From Octopus sinensis (taxonomy: Eukaryota): a stretch of DNA of 64,000 nucleotides. The stretch covers positions 40,548,001 through 40,612,000 of the forward strand of contig NC_043006.1 of the NCBI RefSeq assembly GCF_006345805.1. The letters run 5' to 3'. Shown here one piece after another: positions 1 to 12,500 of the stretch. Made by a program: the position numbers and the translations under genes. Position 1 is the first letter of the stretch; each line of letters opens with the position of its first letter. The notes below the pieces were generated by a model that searched no databases, was not told the origin of the DNA, and was given only the letters and a program-made list of their open reading frames with translations.

Positions 1-178
1 CCACAGCATCTTGTTTTGGCTACACGCGGGTGGGAAGGGGCTGTTGACACAATCGTTTCATTCACAAATTTGAATTCGGTGATACTAGTTGCGGATTCTA
101 GCTCGCTCTGATACTGAGTTGAGTTGGTGCCTCCTAGTATCTCAAAATTCAATATATAATCATTTATGATTATAGTAT

Positions 179-285
179 TCTACGCTGAAGAGAAAAGAAG
201 TTTCGGTAAGATAGAATTATTTAATATTTAATATTTAATTCTTATGCTTTCCTAAAAACTTGATTTCGAAACGTACGTCCGTAGA
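179..285 (+). ncRNA. Type I hammerhead ribozyme, canonical core, in a Penelope-like repeat
   Basis: Stem I TCTACG/CGTAGA, CTGAAGA 185-191, stem II GAAA/TTTC closing a long insert, GAAAC-GTAC-GTC with predicted cleavage after 279. Confidence 0.85.
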
Positions 286-476
286 TAACTTAAAAAATGT
301 ATGATAGATTGCAGTCAATTCATTCTCTCTTACCTGTTTGTGTCAGCCTTCCAATTGCTGTTTTTACTGAGATCTCCCTTTTTAGTAGAAGAAATAGCTA
401 TAACCCTTTGACTGCTATTTCTAAATTCGGTATGTGGTAAGGCAATTCGTTGCTAAACCCTTATTGCTTAGTATTA

Positions 477-535
<59 letters not shown>

Positions 536-695
536 TTTGTTTTCTAGTTTCAGCTCAGAGCTGTGGCCATGTTGATGCACCACCGTTACATATATATATA
601 AGTATAATTTAAATGATACTAGAACTATAGTCATGTTGTATATCATGCAAACACTACTATCATGTACCCTGAGGTTTATGACCCCTCACCTAGAA

Positions 696-984
696 CAGTG
701 GTTCTCAAACATTTTCAGGCTGCCATCCCCTTGACACCAAGACCACATTCCTAGTGGCCCCATGCCAACTGACCATCACAAAGCAAATTCAAAGCAACTG
801 TATTTCACAAAACTTAACTTAATGAACTCATTATTTTGTTGTTTTTGCATGAATTGCTACCCCATTACCGCCCAGCTTTTTTACATGAATCGCTACCCCA
901 TTATTGCTCCACTTTCCTTCAATGCCTCCTTTGAACTTTCCACCACCCTCACAGAGACAATACTGCTCACTTCGGTAACCACAG
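696..984. mobile_element. hAT-type MITE (related truncated copy at 41174-41445)
   Basis: CAGTGGTTCTCAAAC 5' TIR; 8-bp TSD ACCTAGAA/ACCAAGAA. Confidence 0.75.
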
Positions 985-1283
985 ACCAAGAATATAGTTT
1001 AAGAAGGATTTCGTTGCCAGTGACGCCGGACTGGCTTCGTGCAGGTAGCATGTAAAAACACCTTTTGAGCATGGTCGTTGCCAGAACCACCTGACTGGCC
1101 CTCATGCTGGTGGCATGTAAAATCACCCACTACACTCTCAGAGTGGTTGGCATTAGGAAGGGCATCCAGCTGTAGAAACTTTGCCAGATCAGATAGAGCC
1201 TGGTGCAGCCTCTAGTTCACCAGTCCTCAGTCAAACTGTCCAACCCATGCCAGCATAGAAAGCAGACAGTTTGCTTGACTCAC

Positions 1284-1362
1284 CCACTTGAACAAAGCTC
1301 CTTAGAAGGTCTACCTTGGATGAATATGTACTGCAAATTAATCGACTAAATGCATATAAATG
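1284..1362 (-). CDS. Candidate RPTP-like exon 18 (HLYAFSRLICSTYSSKVDLLRSFVQV), uncertain
   Basis: Strong GTGAGT donor at 1283-1278; ctaat...ccttcaatgtag acceptor; phase-0 start fits; weak resemblance to the WPD-loop/LLxFVxxV segment; alternative acceptors exist. Confidence 0.3.
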
Positions 1363-1518
1363 CTACATTGAAGGACATTAGGACACTTAAGCAGCAGAAA
1401 CACATGTTGGGTTGGAATCTTATAAGAATAATAATTCAATAAACAAGTTCTGAAGATGTATAATTCTCCAGTCTTCTTTACAACATCTTGATTATATATA
1501 AATGTGTGTGTGCATCTC

Positions 1519-1573
<55 letters not shown>

Positions 1574-1587
1574 TTTTTCCTCTCATT

Positions 1588-1625
1588 CCTTTCTGATGAA
1601 GAGCATTAGCTTGAAATGTCAATGA
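1588..1625 (+). ncRNA. Minimal type I hammerhead motif (GAGC family)
   Basis: CTGATGA-A-GAGC-atta-GCTT-GAAAT-GTC; weak stem I. Confidence 0.6.
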
Positions 1626-2220
1626 GTTTTCCCTCTTCCCGGGTATCAAACTAATACATCTGCTTGTTGTTCCCTTACTTGTCTTTGTCCTTTTTCTGAA
1701 CATTTGAACAATATACTTATATGCACGCACACACACACACACACACATTCACACACACACCCATACACACACACTTAGGCTACATAAAGTAAAAGTCAAA
1801 AAAAAGTTTATATATATATATACACACACATATATATGTATATATTTATATGCATACATATATACACCCACACTCACACTAACATGTATGTGTGCGTGCG
1901 TGTGTGTGTGTGTGCATGCACATGTGAGTATTCATACATGCATATACACATATGTGCATGTGTGTGGGGGGATGCACATGCATGTGGGTATTCATACATG
2001 TGTATACACATATGTGTATGTGTTTGTGTGTGTGGGCATGTCTGTGTGTGCATGTGTGCGTGTGTGCATATGTGAGTATTCATACATGTGTGTGTGCGTG
2101 TGTGCATGTGCATGTGTGTGCATGTGCGCGTGTGTGTGTGTGTGTGCATGTGTGTGTGCGTGTGTGTGTGCATGTGTGTGCATGCATGCATATGTGAGTA
2201 GTCATACATGCGTGTGTGTG

Positions 2221-2258
<38 letters not shown>

Positions 2259-2339
2259 TTGCGTGCGTTTGTGAGTATTCATTCATGTGTATGCACATAT
2301 GCGCAGGTGTGTGTGTGTATGTGTGTGTGTGTGTGTGTA

Positions 2340-2750
2340 AGAGAGAAGGATGATGAGGTCACAAGGAAATTAAGGCTGAAGAAATACAAGAAAGCAAAGA
2401 AGATAAAGGAAGCAGTTTAAGTGGAAAGGAGGAGGAGGGGGAAGGAGGGAAGAGGAGGAAGTAGTGGTGTTGGAGGGGGGAGAATGGAGTAGGAGGAGAG
2501 GAGGTGGTGGTAGTGGAGGAGAAGGTGGTGGATGAGGAGAAGCAGGAGAAAAGAGGAGAAAGGTGGAAGAGGAGGAGGAGTAGGAGGTGGAGAAGGAGAA
2601 GAGGAAAGGAAAAAAGAGGAGGAGAAAGGAGGAAGATGAGGAGGTGGAGGAGGAGAAGGAGAAAGGAGAAAAGAGGAGGAAAAAGGAGGAATATGAGGAG
2701 GTGGAGGAGGAGAAAGGAGGAGGAGGAGGAGGAGAGGAGGTGGTGGAGTT
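2340..2750. repeat. GA-rich polypurine tract next to the exon 17 donor
   Basis: GGAGGA/AGA repeats; source of the spurious Arg-rich ORF. Confidence 0.85.
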
Positions 2751-2775
2751 CCGATAGAAAGAGTGGAAGCCTTAC

Positions 2776-2898
2776 ATCAAATATCACATATTTGGAGACT
2801 GTATAGTACTTGTGGCTCATCAACAGAACTCCTTGAACACTGATCAATCCAAAATGCAAGGTAGCATTCACTTCAGGTAAGTGCTGTACATAATCCGG
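2776..2898 (-). CDS. RPTP-like exon 17: PDYVQHLPEVNATLHFGLISVQGVLLMSHKYYTVSKYVIFD
   Basis: Aligns by eye to KCxxYWP...FGxIxV...YTxRxF; tttttaaatctcttcag acceptor, GTAAGG donor, 123 nt, phase 0-0. Confidence 0.85.
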
Positions 2899-3056
2899 CT
2901 GAAGAGATTTAAAAAGAAATTCAAAAAACCATTAAAAGTATAAAAAAAGAACACATTATCAAGAAACAAGGAAATAAAGAAAAAGAAAAAAGTGGGGAAT
3001 AAGCAGCAGAAGAGGCGGGGAAGGAAGAATGGATTGTACACCCCAGAACAAATGGT

Positions 3057-3582
3057 ATGCTTAGCCACACCTGGCATGTTTAGCCAGACCCAGTGTGTTT
3101 AACCACACCCAGCAAGTTTAGCTATGCCCAGCATGTTTAGCCACACCTGGCATATTTAACTACACCCTGCATGTTTAGTCATGCCTAGCACATTTAGCCA
3201 CACCTGGCATCTTTAGCTATATGCAGTGTGTTTAGCCACGCCTAGCATGTTTAGCTACACCTGGTGTATTTAACCACACCCTGCATGTTTAGCCATGTCT
3301 GGCATGTTTAGTCACACCTGACGTATTTAACCACGCCTCGTATGTTTAGCCAAGCCTGACATGTTTAGCCACACCTGATGTGTTTAGCCATGCCTTGCGT
3401 GTTTAGCCATGCCCAGCATGTTTAGCCATGCCTGGCGTTTAGCCTTGCCTGTGTGTTCAGCCCTGCATGACATTTTTAGCCTTGCATGCACGTTTAGCTA
3501 CACATGGCGTGTTTAACCACGCCTGGCATGTTTAGCTATGCCTGACGTATTTAGCCATGCCTAATGCATTTAGCCACACCTC
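3057..3582. repeat. 19-bp minisatellite (GCATGTTTAGCCACACCTG)n, about 27 diverged copies
   Basis: Periodicity read directly from the sequence. Confidence 0.95.
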
Positions 3583-3902
3583 ATGGACATGAGTGCAAAG
3601 GTGTTGCTGCAGAAAATGGCCAGTGACACTCACTGCAGCAACCATCCCACCTTGAAGGATTAATTTCTCAGACAGGTCATAGATATCCTGATTTTATGAA
3701 GAAAGTCAACAGTGAGGGTTTCAAGAACATCTGAGGTCGCCATGCTGACCAACACAATCTGATAGCAGCCTGTTGTATTCCTGTATTTGAATATTTTCTT
3801 CTTCTCTACATTACAGGTAGCAATACCCAGGCTTGCAGCCAATGCAGCAAGGCTGGAGCTGGAGAACGTGTTGAAGCATTCTAAATGACTTGACAATTCA
3901 TT

Positions 3903-4236
3903 GTTCATAGCTCAGTGGTTAGAGCGTCGAGCTTATGATCGTGAGGTTGTGAGCCCAAATCCCGGACCAGGCTGTGTGTTGTGTTCTTGAGCAAGACACT
4001 TTATTTCACGTTACTCCAGTTAACTCAGCTGTAGAAATGAGTTGCGACGTCACAGATGCCAAGCTGTATCGGCTTTTGCCTTTCCCTCGGATAACACTGC
4101 TGGCATGGAATGGGGAGGCCGGTATGCATGGACGACTGCTGGTTTTCCATAAACAACCTTGCCCGGACTTGTGTCTGGGAGGGTAACTTCCTAGGTGCAA
4201 TCCCATGGTTTGTGTCATGACCAAAGTGGGTCTCAT
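3903..4236 (+). mobile_element. tRNA-derived SINE family G (other copies 6004-6305 +, 17488-17812 -, 56405-56746 - with 11-bp TSD CACTTATATGT)
   Basis: A/B-box head GCTCAGTGGTTAGAGC..., CORE/V-like TGTGTTCTTGAGCAAGACAC...CTCAGCTGTAGAAATGAGT, shared tail. Confidence 0.85.
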
Positions 4237-5326
4237 ATGTATATATATGGGTTTATGGGTTGCTTCATATTGAATGAATGAGAAAGGAGTGCTCAATATA
4301 CATTGTAGAGGATACAGTTGTTTTGGGGGTTTGTTTTTCATTAAGACTGAAGCTGAGACAATAACATATTTTGCCTGAAGTGACAAATAAACATTAACAA
4401 AATCTACAACAAGAACTGCAATAAACATATTAACAACAAGGTGTCATGGATAAAAGCTCAGAGTTGACCTTCAACCAAACAACATCATCAGTAACATCAT
4501 TCAAAGCAACATCAACCAACTCAACTATATCAACAACAACAGCAACAATATTAACAATATCAGGTGGTGAGCTGGCAGAATGGTTAGCACACCAGGCAAA
4601 ATGCATAGCAGTATTTCATCCGTCTTTATTTTCTGAGTTGAAATTCTACCAAGGTCGACTTTGCCTTTCATCCTTTCGGAGTCAATAAATTAAGTAACAG
4701 TTGTGTACTAGGGTTGATCTAATTGACTGGCCCTCACTCCCCCAAAATTTTGGGCCTTGAGCCTAGAGCAGAAAAGAATATTAACAATATTAACATAGGT
4801 GTAGGAGTGGCTGTATGGTAAGTAGCTTGCTTACGAACCACATGGTTCCAGGTTCAGTCCCACTGCATGGCACCTGGGGCAAGTGTCTTCTACTGTAGCC
4901 TCGGGCCGACCAAAGCCTTGTGAGAGGATTTGGTAGACAGAAACTGAAAGAAGCCCGTCGTATATATGTATATATATGTATGTTTGTGTGTCTCTGTCTG
5001 CCATTCATCGCTTGACAACTGATGGTGGTGTGTTTACGTTCCTGTAACTTAGCAGTTTGGCAAAAGAGACTGATAGAATAAGTACTAGGCTTACAAAGAA
5101 TAAGTCCCAGGGTCGATTTGCTCGACTAAAGGCAGTGCTCCAGTATGGCCACAGTCAAATGACTGAAACTAGTAAAAGAGTAAAAGAGTAATACTGCCAA
5201 TCACAACAAAAACAGTTAATAAGATCCGTAACAATAAAATCAATAACAAGCTCATTAGCAACACTGCTAACAACAACAACAACAACAAGAACTCAGAATA
5301 AAATGTCCAAATACAATTTTTTTTAC

Positions 5327-5415
5327 CTGCTCATTGTTTGTGAGTAATACAATTACAGAACAGTTCTGTTGCCATATCATTCTCCAGAAATCAACCATTG
5401 TTTTTTTCGTCGGCA
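5327..5415 (-). CDS. RPTP-like exon 16: PTKKTMVDFWRMIWQQNCSVIVLLTNNEQ
   Basis: PTP motifs TxxDFWRMIWQ and VIVxLT; ttttctag acceptor, GTAAAA donor, 89 nt, phase 1-0. Confidence 0.95.
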
Positions 5416-6671
5416 CTAGAAAATTACAAGTAAAAGCACCTTGTTATACTTTTGTACACATACATGCATATACAGATCCTTATATAAAATATACCTAAAC
5501 ATATACATACGCAAACACGTACATATGCATGCATATACATATACTTATATATACATATATATGTGTGAGTGTGTGCGTGCGCATACATACATACATAAAC
5601 AAACATACACATATCATCATCGTTTAACGTCTGCTTTCCATGCTAGCATGGGTTGGATGATTTGACTGAGGTCTGGCGAACCAGATGGCTGCACCAGGCT
5701 CCAATCTGATCTGGCAGAGTTTCTACAGCTGGATGCCCTTCCTAACGCCAACCACTCCAAGAGTGTAGTGGGTGCTTTTACATACCACCGGCACGAGGGC
5801 CCGTCAGGCGGTACTGGCAATGGCCACGCTCAAATGGAGCTTATGTGCCATCTGCATAGGAGCCAGTCCAGCGGCACTAGCAACGACCACGCTCGAATGT
5901 TTTTTTCAGGTGCCACCAGCACGGGTGCCAGTAAGGTGACGCAGGTAATGATCATGCTTGAATGGTGCTTTTTACATGCCAACGTGTATATTCATACAGT
6001 ATGAAGGAGCATGGCTCAGTGGTAAGAGTGTCATGCTCACAATCATGAGGTAGTGAGTTCAATTCCCAGACCGAGCTGTGTGTTGTATTCTTGAGCAAGA
6101 CATTTTTTTCCACATTGTTTCAGTTCATTCAGCTGTAGAAATGAGTTGTGACAATGCCACTAGTGGTCAGTGACATGGAGAGAGGAGGCTGGTATGCATG
6201 GGCGATAGCTGGTCTTCCATAGACAAACCTTGCCCAGACTTGTGCCTCAGAGGGTAACTTTCTTGGTGCAACCATATGGACATTCATGACCGAAGGGGGT
6301 CTTTGCCGATAGAGCCTCATCATCATGTTAATGTCCAATTTTCCATGCCAGGCAAATCTTTTATTGTTGGATGCTCTGTTTCCAAGCAACGCTATATTTC
6401 TCTTAGTTGTCCAAACATGAGCATTACCACAGCTGGACATGCTTTCACATAAGATTTCAAACAAATGACATTGCATTTATGACAGTGATGTTTGCTTACA
6501 ATTAGTACCAGTCGTGAAGACAAGAACACACACATACACTCACACAAAAACTCATACATACATATGGCTGCTTCACATATAAGATAACTGGATCCTTTTC
6601 AGTTTCCCTGTACTATGGTACCATGTCATGGGGCTGAACCTAAAACCATGGGCTATGAAGCATCTTCTTAA

Positions 6672-6733
<62 letters not shown>

Positions 6734-6744
6734 ACATAATAACG

Positions 6745-7037
6745 CCAACCACATCCGAGCGTGGCCGTCTGCCAGCCTCGTCTGGCACCTGTGTCGGTGG
6801 CACATAAAAAACACCATCCGAGCGTGGCCGTCTGCCAGCCTCGTCTGGCACCTGTGTCGGTGGCACATAAAATCACCCACTACACTCTCGGAGTGGTTGG
6901 CGTTAGGAAGGGCATCCAGCTGTAGAAACACTGCCACATCTGACTGGCCTGGTGCAGCCTTCGGGCTTCCCAGACCCCAGTTGAACCGTCCAACCCATGC
7001 TAGCATGGAAAGCGGACGTTAAACGATGATGATGATG
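6745..7037 (+). mobile_element. SINE/LINE-tail family C ending in (TGA)n (other copies 1007-1262, 5608-5990, 9215-9600, 13107-13600, 19256-19600, 22270-22520, 23835-24066, 40450-40700, 42337-42745, 57225-57471)
   Basis: GGTTGGCGTTAGGAAGGGCATCCAGC...CCCATGCTAGCATGGAAAGCGGACGTTAAA(CGA)TGATGA; 63-bp internal unit tandemly repeated here and at 42515-42690. Confidence 0.85.
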
Positions 7038-7348
7038 AATATAATATAATATAATATAAATAAGAAATGAAAAACAAAACAATAAATTGAATAAATTGAA
7101 CAATTAAAAATTTAATTCAATTATAATTATAAATTTAATTCAATTTAAGTATTTTATACAAACAAATGACACATCTCATAAATTACAGCTGTTTCCACTT
7201 ATACAGTTGTTTCCACATTAATTAAAAGAAGTTTTCCAAGAATAATCAAATCTATTTAAATATGTAATGATGCTTCATCAGATCAACATATCTCTTTCAA
7301 TATTTCCCGAAAAATATCAATTGAACATATTTATAACTGTTATAGATG

Positions 7349-7381
<33 letters not shown>

Positions 7382-7715
7382 TAAGCAACAGAGAGAGAAA
7401 TGCAGATGAGATTAAATAAGAACATGAAATAAAAACTAAATATACATTGAGATAAAATGAGATAAAATGGCAAAATGAAAATATAAATAGCAAAATGGAA
7501 AATACCTTGTGTTGAAATATATTTCTTGTCCTGAAATGAAAGATATATAAAAAAAACTTCATTAATTTTAAGACAATTAATTTCATTTATATCAAATTGT
7601 TACTATTCATGGTTTTAGAAATGCAAGTATTTCATTATTAAATACATCAAGGCTAACATATATGAAAAGTTGATGACTTGAATGTTGATAATGAAATTTT
7701 TGTAAAGAGTATAAC

Positions 7716-7746
7716 CTAGTGCCAAGCTGTATTTTTTTTCTTTCCC
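7716..7746 (-). CDS. RPTP-like exon 15 (31-nt micro-exon): GKEKKYSLAL(V)
   Basis: Sits at the position of the G..K.YIATQ(G) exon; phase 0-1 bridges exons 14 and 16; ttatgttatctag acceptor, weak GTTATA donor. Confidence 0.65.
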
Positions 7747-8261
7747 CTAGATAACATAAAAGGTAAAATTGGACAGAACTTATGGGATGACCTGATATAT
7801 ATACAAAATGGGACAAGAACACAAAACATCCAGATAGACAATACAAAGAAAACAAGGATGGGTCATTCAGAGTTTTCTTTCCTCAGTCGATTTCTTCAAC
7901 TAAAGACGGTGCTCCAGTATGTCCACAGTCACATGACCGAATCAAGTACAACAATAAAAGAAACAATGCCATTTTAATCCTGAGCAATGCCAGTTATCTC
8001 TACTAGTATATATACAAATATATATATATATAATCAGATATATTATTAATAGTTTAAATAAAACCTTGTTCTTGTAAACCCAAATTAAATACTATATTTT
8101 CATAACTAAAAAGATTACAAGTGGATCAAATACTTATGATTATTTGATAAAGTTGTCAGTATAGAAGATTAATTTAGTTTCAAGATCAGTGTATATTTTT
8201 AGGGTAAGATATATAGAGAGAGGAATGTTAACAGGAAACATTTTATAATACTATTAATATT

Positions 8262-8408
8262 CATTATTTACACTATTTACATTCGACAGATATTTGTCCT
8301 CATCTTGTTTGCTGTTAACACGTTTCAGCTGATATACCCTCCAGCCTTCATCAGGTGTCTTGGGGAAATTTCGAACCTGGGTTCTCATTCCTAAGGCATT
8401 TTTCAATG

Positions 8409-8446
<38 letters not shown>

Positions 8447-8574
8447 GTTCGTGTCACTGCTTGGAATCGAACTCAGAATCTCGGGGTTAGTAGCCCGTGC
8501 TCTTAACCACAACACCATTTGCCTGTCAAATGTAAATAATGTACATAATTCCTCATCTCTTAAATATAGAACTG
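8262..8574 (-). mobile_element. tRNA-headed hammerhead-carrying retroelement (family D), copy 1
   Basis: 13-bp TSD TACTATTAATATT (8249-61 / 8575-87); HHR at 8315-8359; (AAT)n spacer; tRNA-like head; inverted 3' terminus ending AGAACTG. Confidence 0.85.
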
Positions 8575-8912
8575 TACTATTAATATTATTTGGTCAATTA
8601 AGGCAGCGAGTTGGTGGAATTTTTAGCAGGCAGAGTAAAAAAATAAGTGGTAGAGTTATAATACATCCATCTTCAAGTTCTGAGGTCAAGTTCTATTGAG
8701 GCCAACTTCACCTTTCATCCCTTTTGGGTCAATAAGACAAGTATTGGATGAGGATTGGGATTGCTATAATCAATGTACTACCTTCCCCCAAATTGCTGGC
8801 TTTGTGCCAAAATTTGAAATCACTGTTATTTGTTTTATCTATAAATATATTTTTTATCAAGTGTAGCACTTGGAAGTGGCCTCTTGGCAAGTGTGGATGT
8901 GTTCACACTTAC

Positions 8913-8951
<39 letters not shown>

Positions 8952-9213
8952 TATATATTCACTGTAAGTACCACATCAATTTCCTCAAAATTCCATGAAA
9001 GCCTTGATTGAGATAAAACTACTAAATATTAAGTGGCATTGGGTTTTCCCCATCCTACCACAAAACTCACTCTGCAATTGTGTTGAGTACACTCTTTCAC
9101 ATAGATATGGTACTTAGAACACTTAACTAATTCTTTGAAGTGTATGAGGGGTTACATGTATATGTGTGCGAGTATAGATACATAAGTATGTATGTGTGTT
9201 TGTGCACGTGTTC

Positions 9214-9248
<35 letters not shown>

Positions 9249-10639
9249 TTAACGTCTGTTGTCCATGCTGGCATGAGTTAGACAGTTTGATCAGGATTGG
9301 CAAGCTGGAAGGCTGCACCAGACTCCAGTCTGATTTAGCATGGTTGCTACAGCTGGATCCCCTTCCTAATGCCAACCCCTCCAAGAGTGTGATGGGTGAT
9401 TTTCTTTGCCAATGGTACAGGTGCTGTTGAATGACACCAGTATCTGCCATGTCTATGATTTTACGTGGCTTGACGGGTCTTCTTCTCAAGCATGGCATAA
9501 TACCAAAGGTCTTGGTCATTCACTATTGCCTCAGTGAGGCCCAACACTTGAAAGGTGCCTTTCATGTGCCACCAGCATTGGCCACCTTGCCTCCATGGTG
9601 CCCAACACTTTAATGTATTTTAGTTATCATGGTTAAGTTCATACATGAACATTACCACGTATGCATGTATAAACGTCCACAAAGCACAGAAAAAAATGCA
9701 AACTGCACAATTCCAGAGCCAATTCCTTGCTTTCAATCCCAGCAGTGCCTGATCTGCTACAGAGCCTTCCAAGTACACATTAGACAGACTGATCAACCAC
9801 AACCAGACACACTGTGATCCATTTTCTTCTCCCATGTGATGCCCTTAGTCATCATTGACAACAATATTAACATGCCAGTGCTACTTGTAGCCTCATTAAT
9901 TATTAATTAATATTTTTTTTTACCTTAAGGTATTACCTTTATGGCTATTTACACATGTTATGTCACTTGATATTATTGTAAACAATATCCTTATATATAT
10001 CTCCTAATATATATTTTTTAATTTTTTTAATATATTTGTGATTATCTGTGATTTGTGGATATCTGTGATTATTACGTACCTTATTTTATACCATATTTAT
10101 ATATAAAATACTACAAGTAGCCATCATTTTTTATGGCATGATGCCTGCTGGTATTTAATAAGTATGTACGTGTGCCTATGCTTGTGTTCTTCTTTAATTT
10201 GTTTTAGACATCATGGTTAAGTTCACACTTGAACATTACCACACTTGTGTGTAAACAGTGGAGACACGCAGCTTAGTGGTTAGGGTGTTGGACTCATGAT
10301 CATAAGATTGTGGTTTCCATTCCTGGACTGGGCAATGCATTGTGTTCTTAAGCAAAACACTTCATTTCACATTGCTGTATTGGCACATGGCTTAGTGGTT
10401 ACGGTGTTGGACTCATGAGTGTCAGATTGTGGTTTCGATTCCTGGACTGGGTAATGCATTGTGTTCTTCAGCAAAACACTTCATTTCACATTGCTACAGT
10501 CTACTCTGCTGATAAAAATGAGTAATCCTGCAACGAACTAAGGTCCCATCCAGGTGGGGAATTTATATGCCATGAAACTAAGGATCTGGCCCTTATGAGT
10601 CAGCATGGCATGAGAAATTAAGTTTACCTTTACCTTTTG

Positions 10640-11142
10640 TGTGTATACACATCCACCACAAGGCCCAGACCTGGTTGCAGTGGTGGCCTATGTGCTTCAA
10701 TGACCCTGAAAGCTATTCCAGCAGAGCACAAGCTCCTGATGGAGTTTCCCATCAAGGACAGGTCAAAGGTGAGAGTTATATGGACCGTGTCTTTCAAGAG
10801 GTAAAAATGGGTTTGCATAGGACCCGCTCTTACCAAGAGAAAAGCAAAGTTACAGAAGCGTAGACGATAATTCGAAACCAACAAGGCCTAGGAGAGGAAG
10901 GCCTTCATTCAGGGAAACATATGATGCCATGAAGCAAAATCTTAAGGAGACTGCATTACATATCAGGCCCTGACTTGGAACCTGCAAGGGAGACAGAAGA
11001 GAGGATGTCCTAAAAATAGGTGGAGGTAGGATACTGGGGTTGAGTTGGAAAGTCAGGGATCAGAAAAGACAACCCAGAGATGAGAATAGCGGAGAATTGC
11101 CATCAATGGCTTATTCTCCATAGAGTGTGAGGATTTAAGTAA
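10640..11142 (+). mobile_element. Short RTE derivative (5'-UTR-like part joined to an RTE 3' end)
   Basis: 3' part translates ALTWNLQGRQKRGCPKNRWR and ends in a TAAGTAA tail; 5' part resembles RTE 5' UTR sequence by eye. Confidence 0.6.
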
Positions 11143-11167
11143 ATGTAGGCACATCCGTATGTGTATG

Positions 11168-11214
<47 letters not shown>

Positions 11215-11378
11215 TATGTATTAACTTTCAATGAGATATTGAGTTACTTGTGAAGATTAAAACAGCAAATTTTAAATTTAAATTTAAATGGAAGGGTTAG
11301 AATAACAGACAGAGAGGAGAAAACAAGACAACAACGTTAATTAAGAATGAAGTTAATTGCAAAACCAAACTAACTTAC

Positions 11379-11452
11379 ATGTATGTACGAAGCGTTAATG
11401 TAATCAGACGAAAAGGTTGCATCAGGTTGTAACACAACTCGAGAGTGATCAT
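11379..11452 (-). CDS. RPTP-like exon 14: DHSRVVLQPDATFSSDYINASYIH
   Basis: PTP motifs DxSRVxL and DYINASYI; 74 nt, phase 1-0; GTAAGT donor. Confidence 0.95.
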
Positions 11453-12057
11453 CTGAATTGAAGAACAAAAATACAAAGTTATGAATAGATTTGATTTTAT
11501 ACAGATTTCAAATTTTGGCACAAGGCCAGCAAGTTTGAGGTGGGGGGATAATTGGATTACATCAACCCCATTGCTCAGCTGGTACTTATTTTATCTAACT
11601 CAAAAGGTTGACTAAGTTGAAATACTGCCATGGTTGACTCTGCCTTTTTAAGGTGGTGAGCTGGCAGAAACGTTAGCACATTTCCAGAGGTGAATTATTC
11701 AAACCCCAAGGAATCACTCTCAACACATGGCTCTGATGCTCTCCCACTACTTCTGCTCGAGATCAAAGATGCACATATCGTCAGCCACTAAGGGACATGC
11801 TCAACTGGTTATGGTCAAACAACTACCTTTCATCCTACGGATCTGGCCCTTATGAGCCAGCATGGCATAAGAAGGTAACTTAACCTTTACTTTTTGTGTG
11901 TATACATGTCCACCACAAAGCCCATTTCTTTACTGCCCTCAAGGGGCTACACACAGAGGGGACAAACAAGGACAGACAAACAGTTTAAGTCGATTATATC
12001 AACCCCAGTGCGTAACTGGTACTTATTTAATCGACCCCAAAAGGATGAAAGGTGGTT

Positions 12058-12500
12058 GTTTGACCGTAACCAGTTGAGCATGTCCCTTAGTGGCTGACGA
12101 TATATGCATCTCTGATCTCAAGCAGAAGTAATGGGGGAACATCAGAGCCATGTGTTGAGAGGGATTCTTTGGAGTTTGAATAATTCACCTCTGGAAACAT
12201 GGGTACTTCGTTCAACATCCTTAAGCAATCCTTATTCAGGGACCTTTGAGCGAGATGGGTTACTCGACCAGAAGAAAATTCTAACTGGGCCCCATCTGCA
12301 TGGTCATGTGCTGTTTATCTTGTTATGAGATCACCATGTCACGCACATATGGTTGGGATGCATGTGACTGGTGTACCCCTATCAGACAGGTAGTCATGAT
12401 CGGTATACTGGTCTTCATATATTTTACCCCAATGTCACTTTGATGGCATGCACTGTTCTCTCACTCAATAATAATGATAATAATAGTAATAATAATAATG
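12058..12500 (+). mobile_element. Retroposon family F with (AAT)n tail
   Basis: About 440-bp body ending CTCACTCAATAATAATGATAAT; partial inverted copy at 11681-11836. Confidence 0.65.

Noticed and set aside
2504-2806. Arg-rich protamine-like ORF
   Set aside because: It is a GA polypurine tract inside an RPTP intron on the antisense strand, starting at GTG.
3903-3975. tRNA-like heads (also at 6004, 10256, 18539, 40740, 59025) as tRNA genes
   Set aside because: They continue into SINE bodies and lack a complete cloverleaf and acceptor stem.
7180-7287. Minus-strand CTGATGA...GAAAC-AGCT-GTA
   Set aside because: Not listed as a feature because stems I and II are broken; used only as a degenerate copy in the orientation finding.
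9071-9112. Possible 42-nt exon with a GTGAGT donor (PYLCERVY)
   Set aside because: The true DHSRV exon is at 11379-11452 and this one does not fit the phase chain.
9924-10003. 77/80-nt AG-GT bounded segment of PTP-exon-like size
   Set aside because: It has a stop in the required phase-1 frame and no PTP motif.
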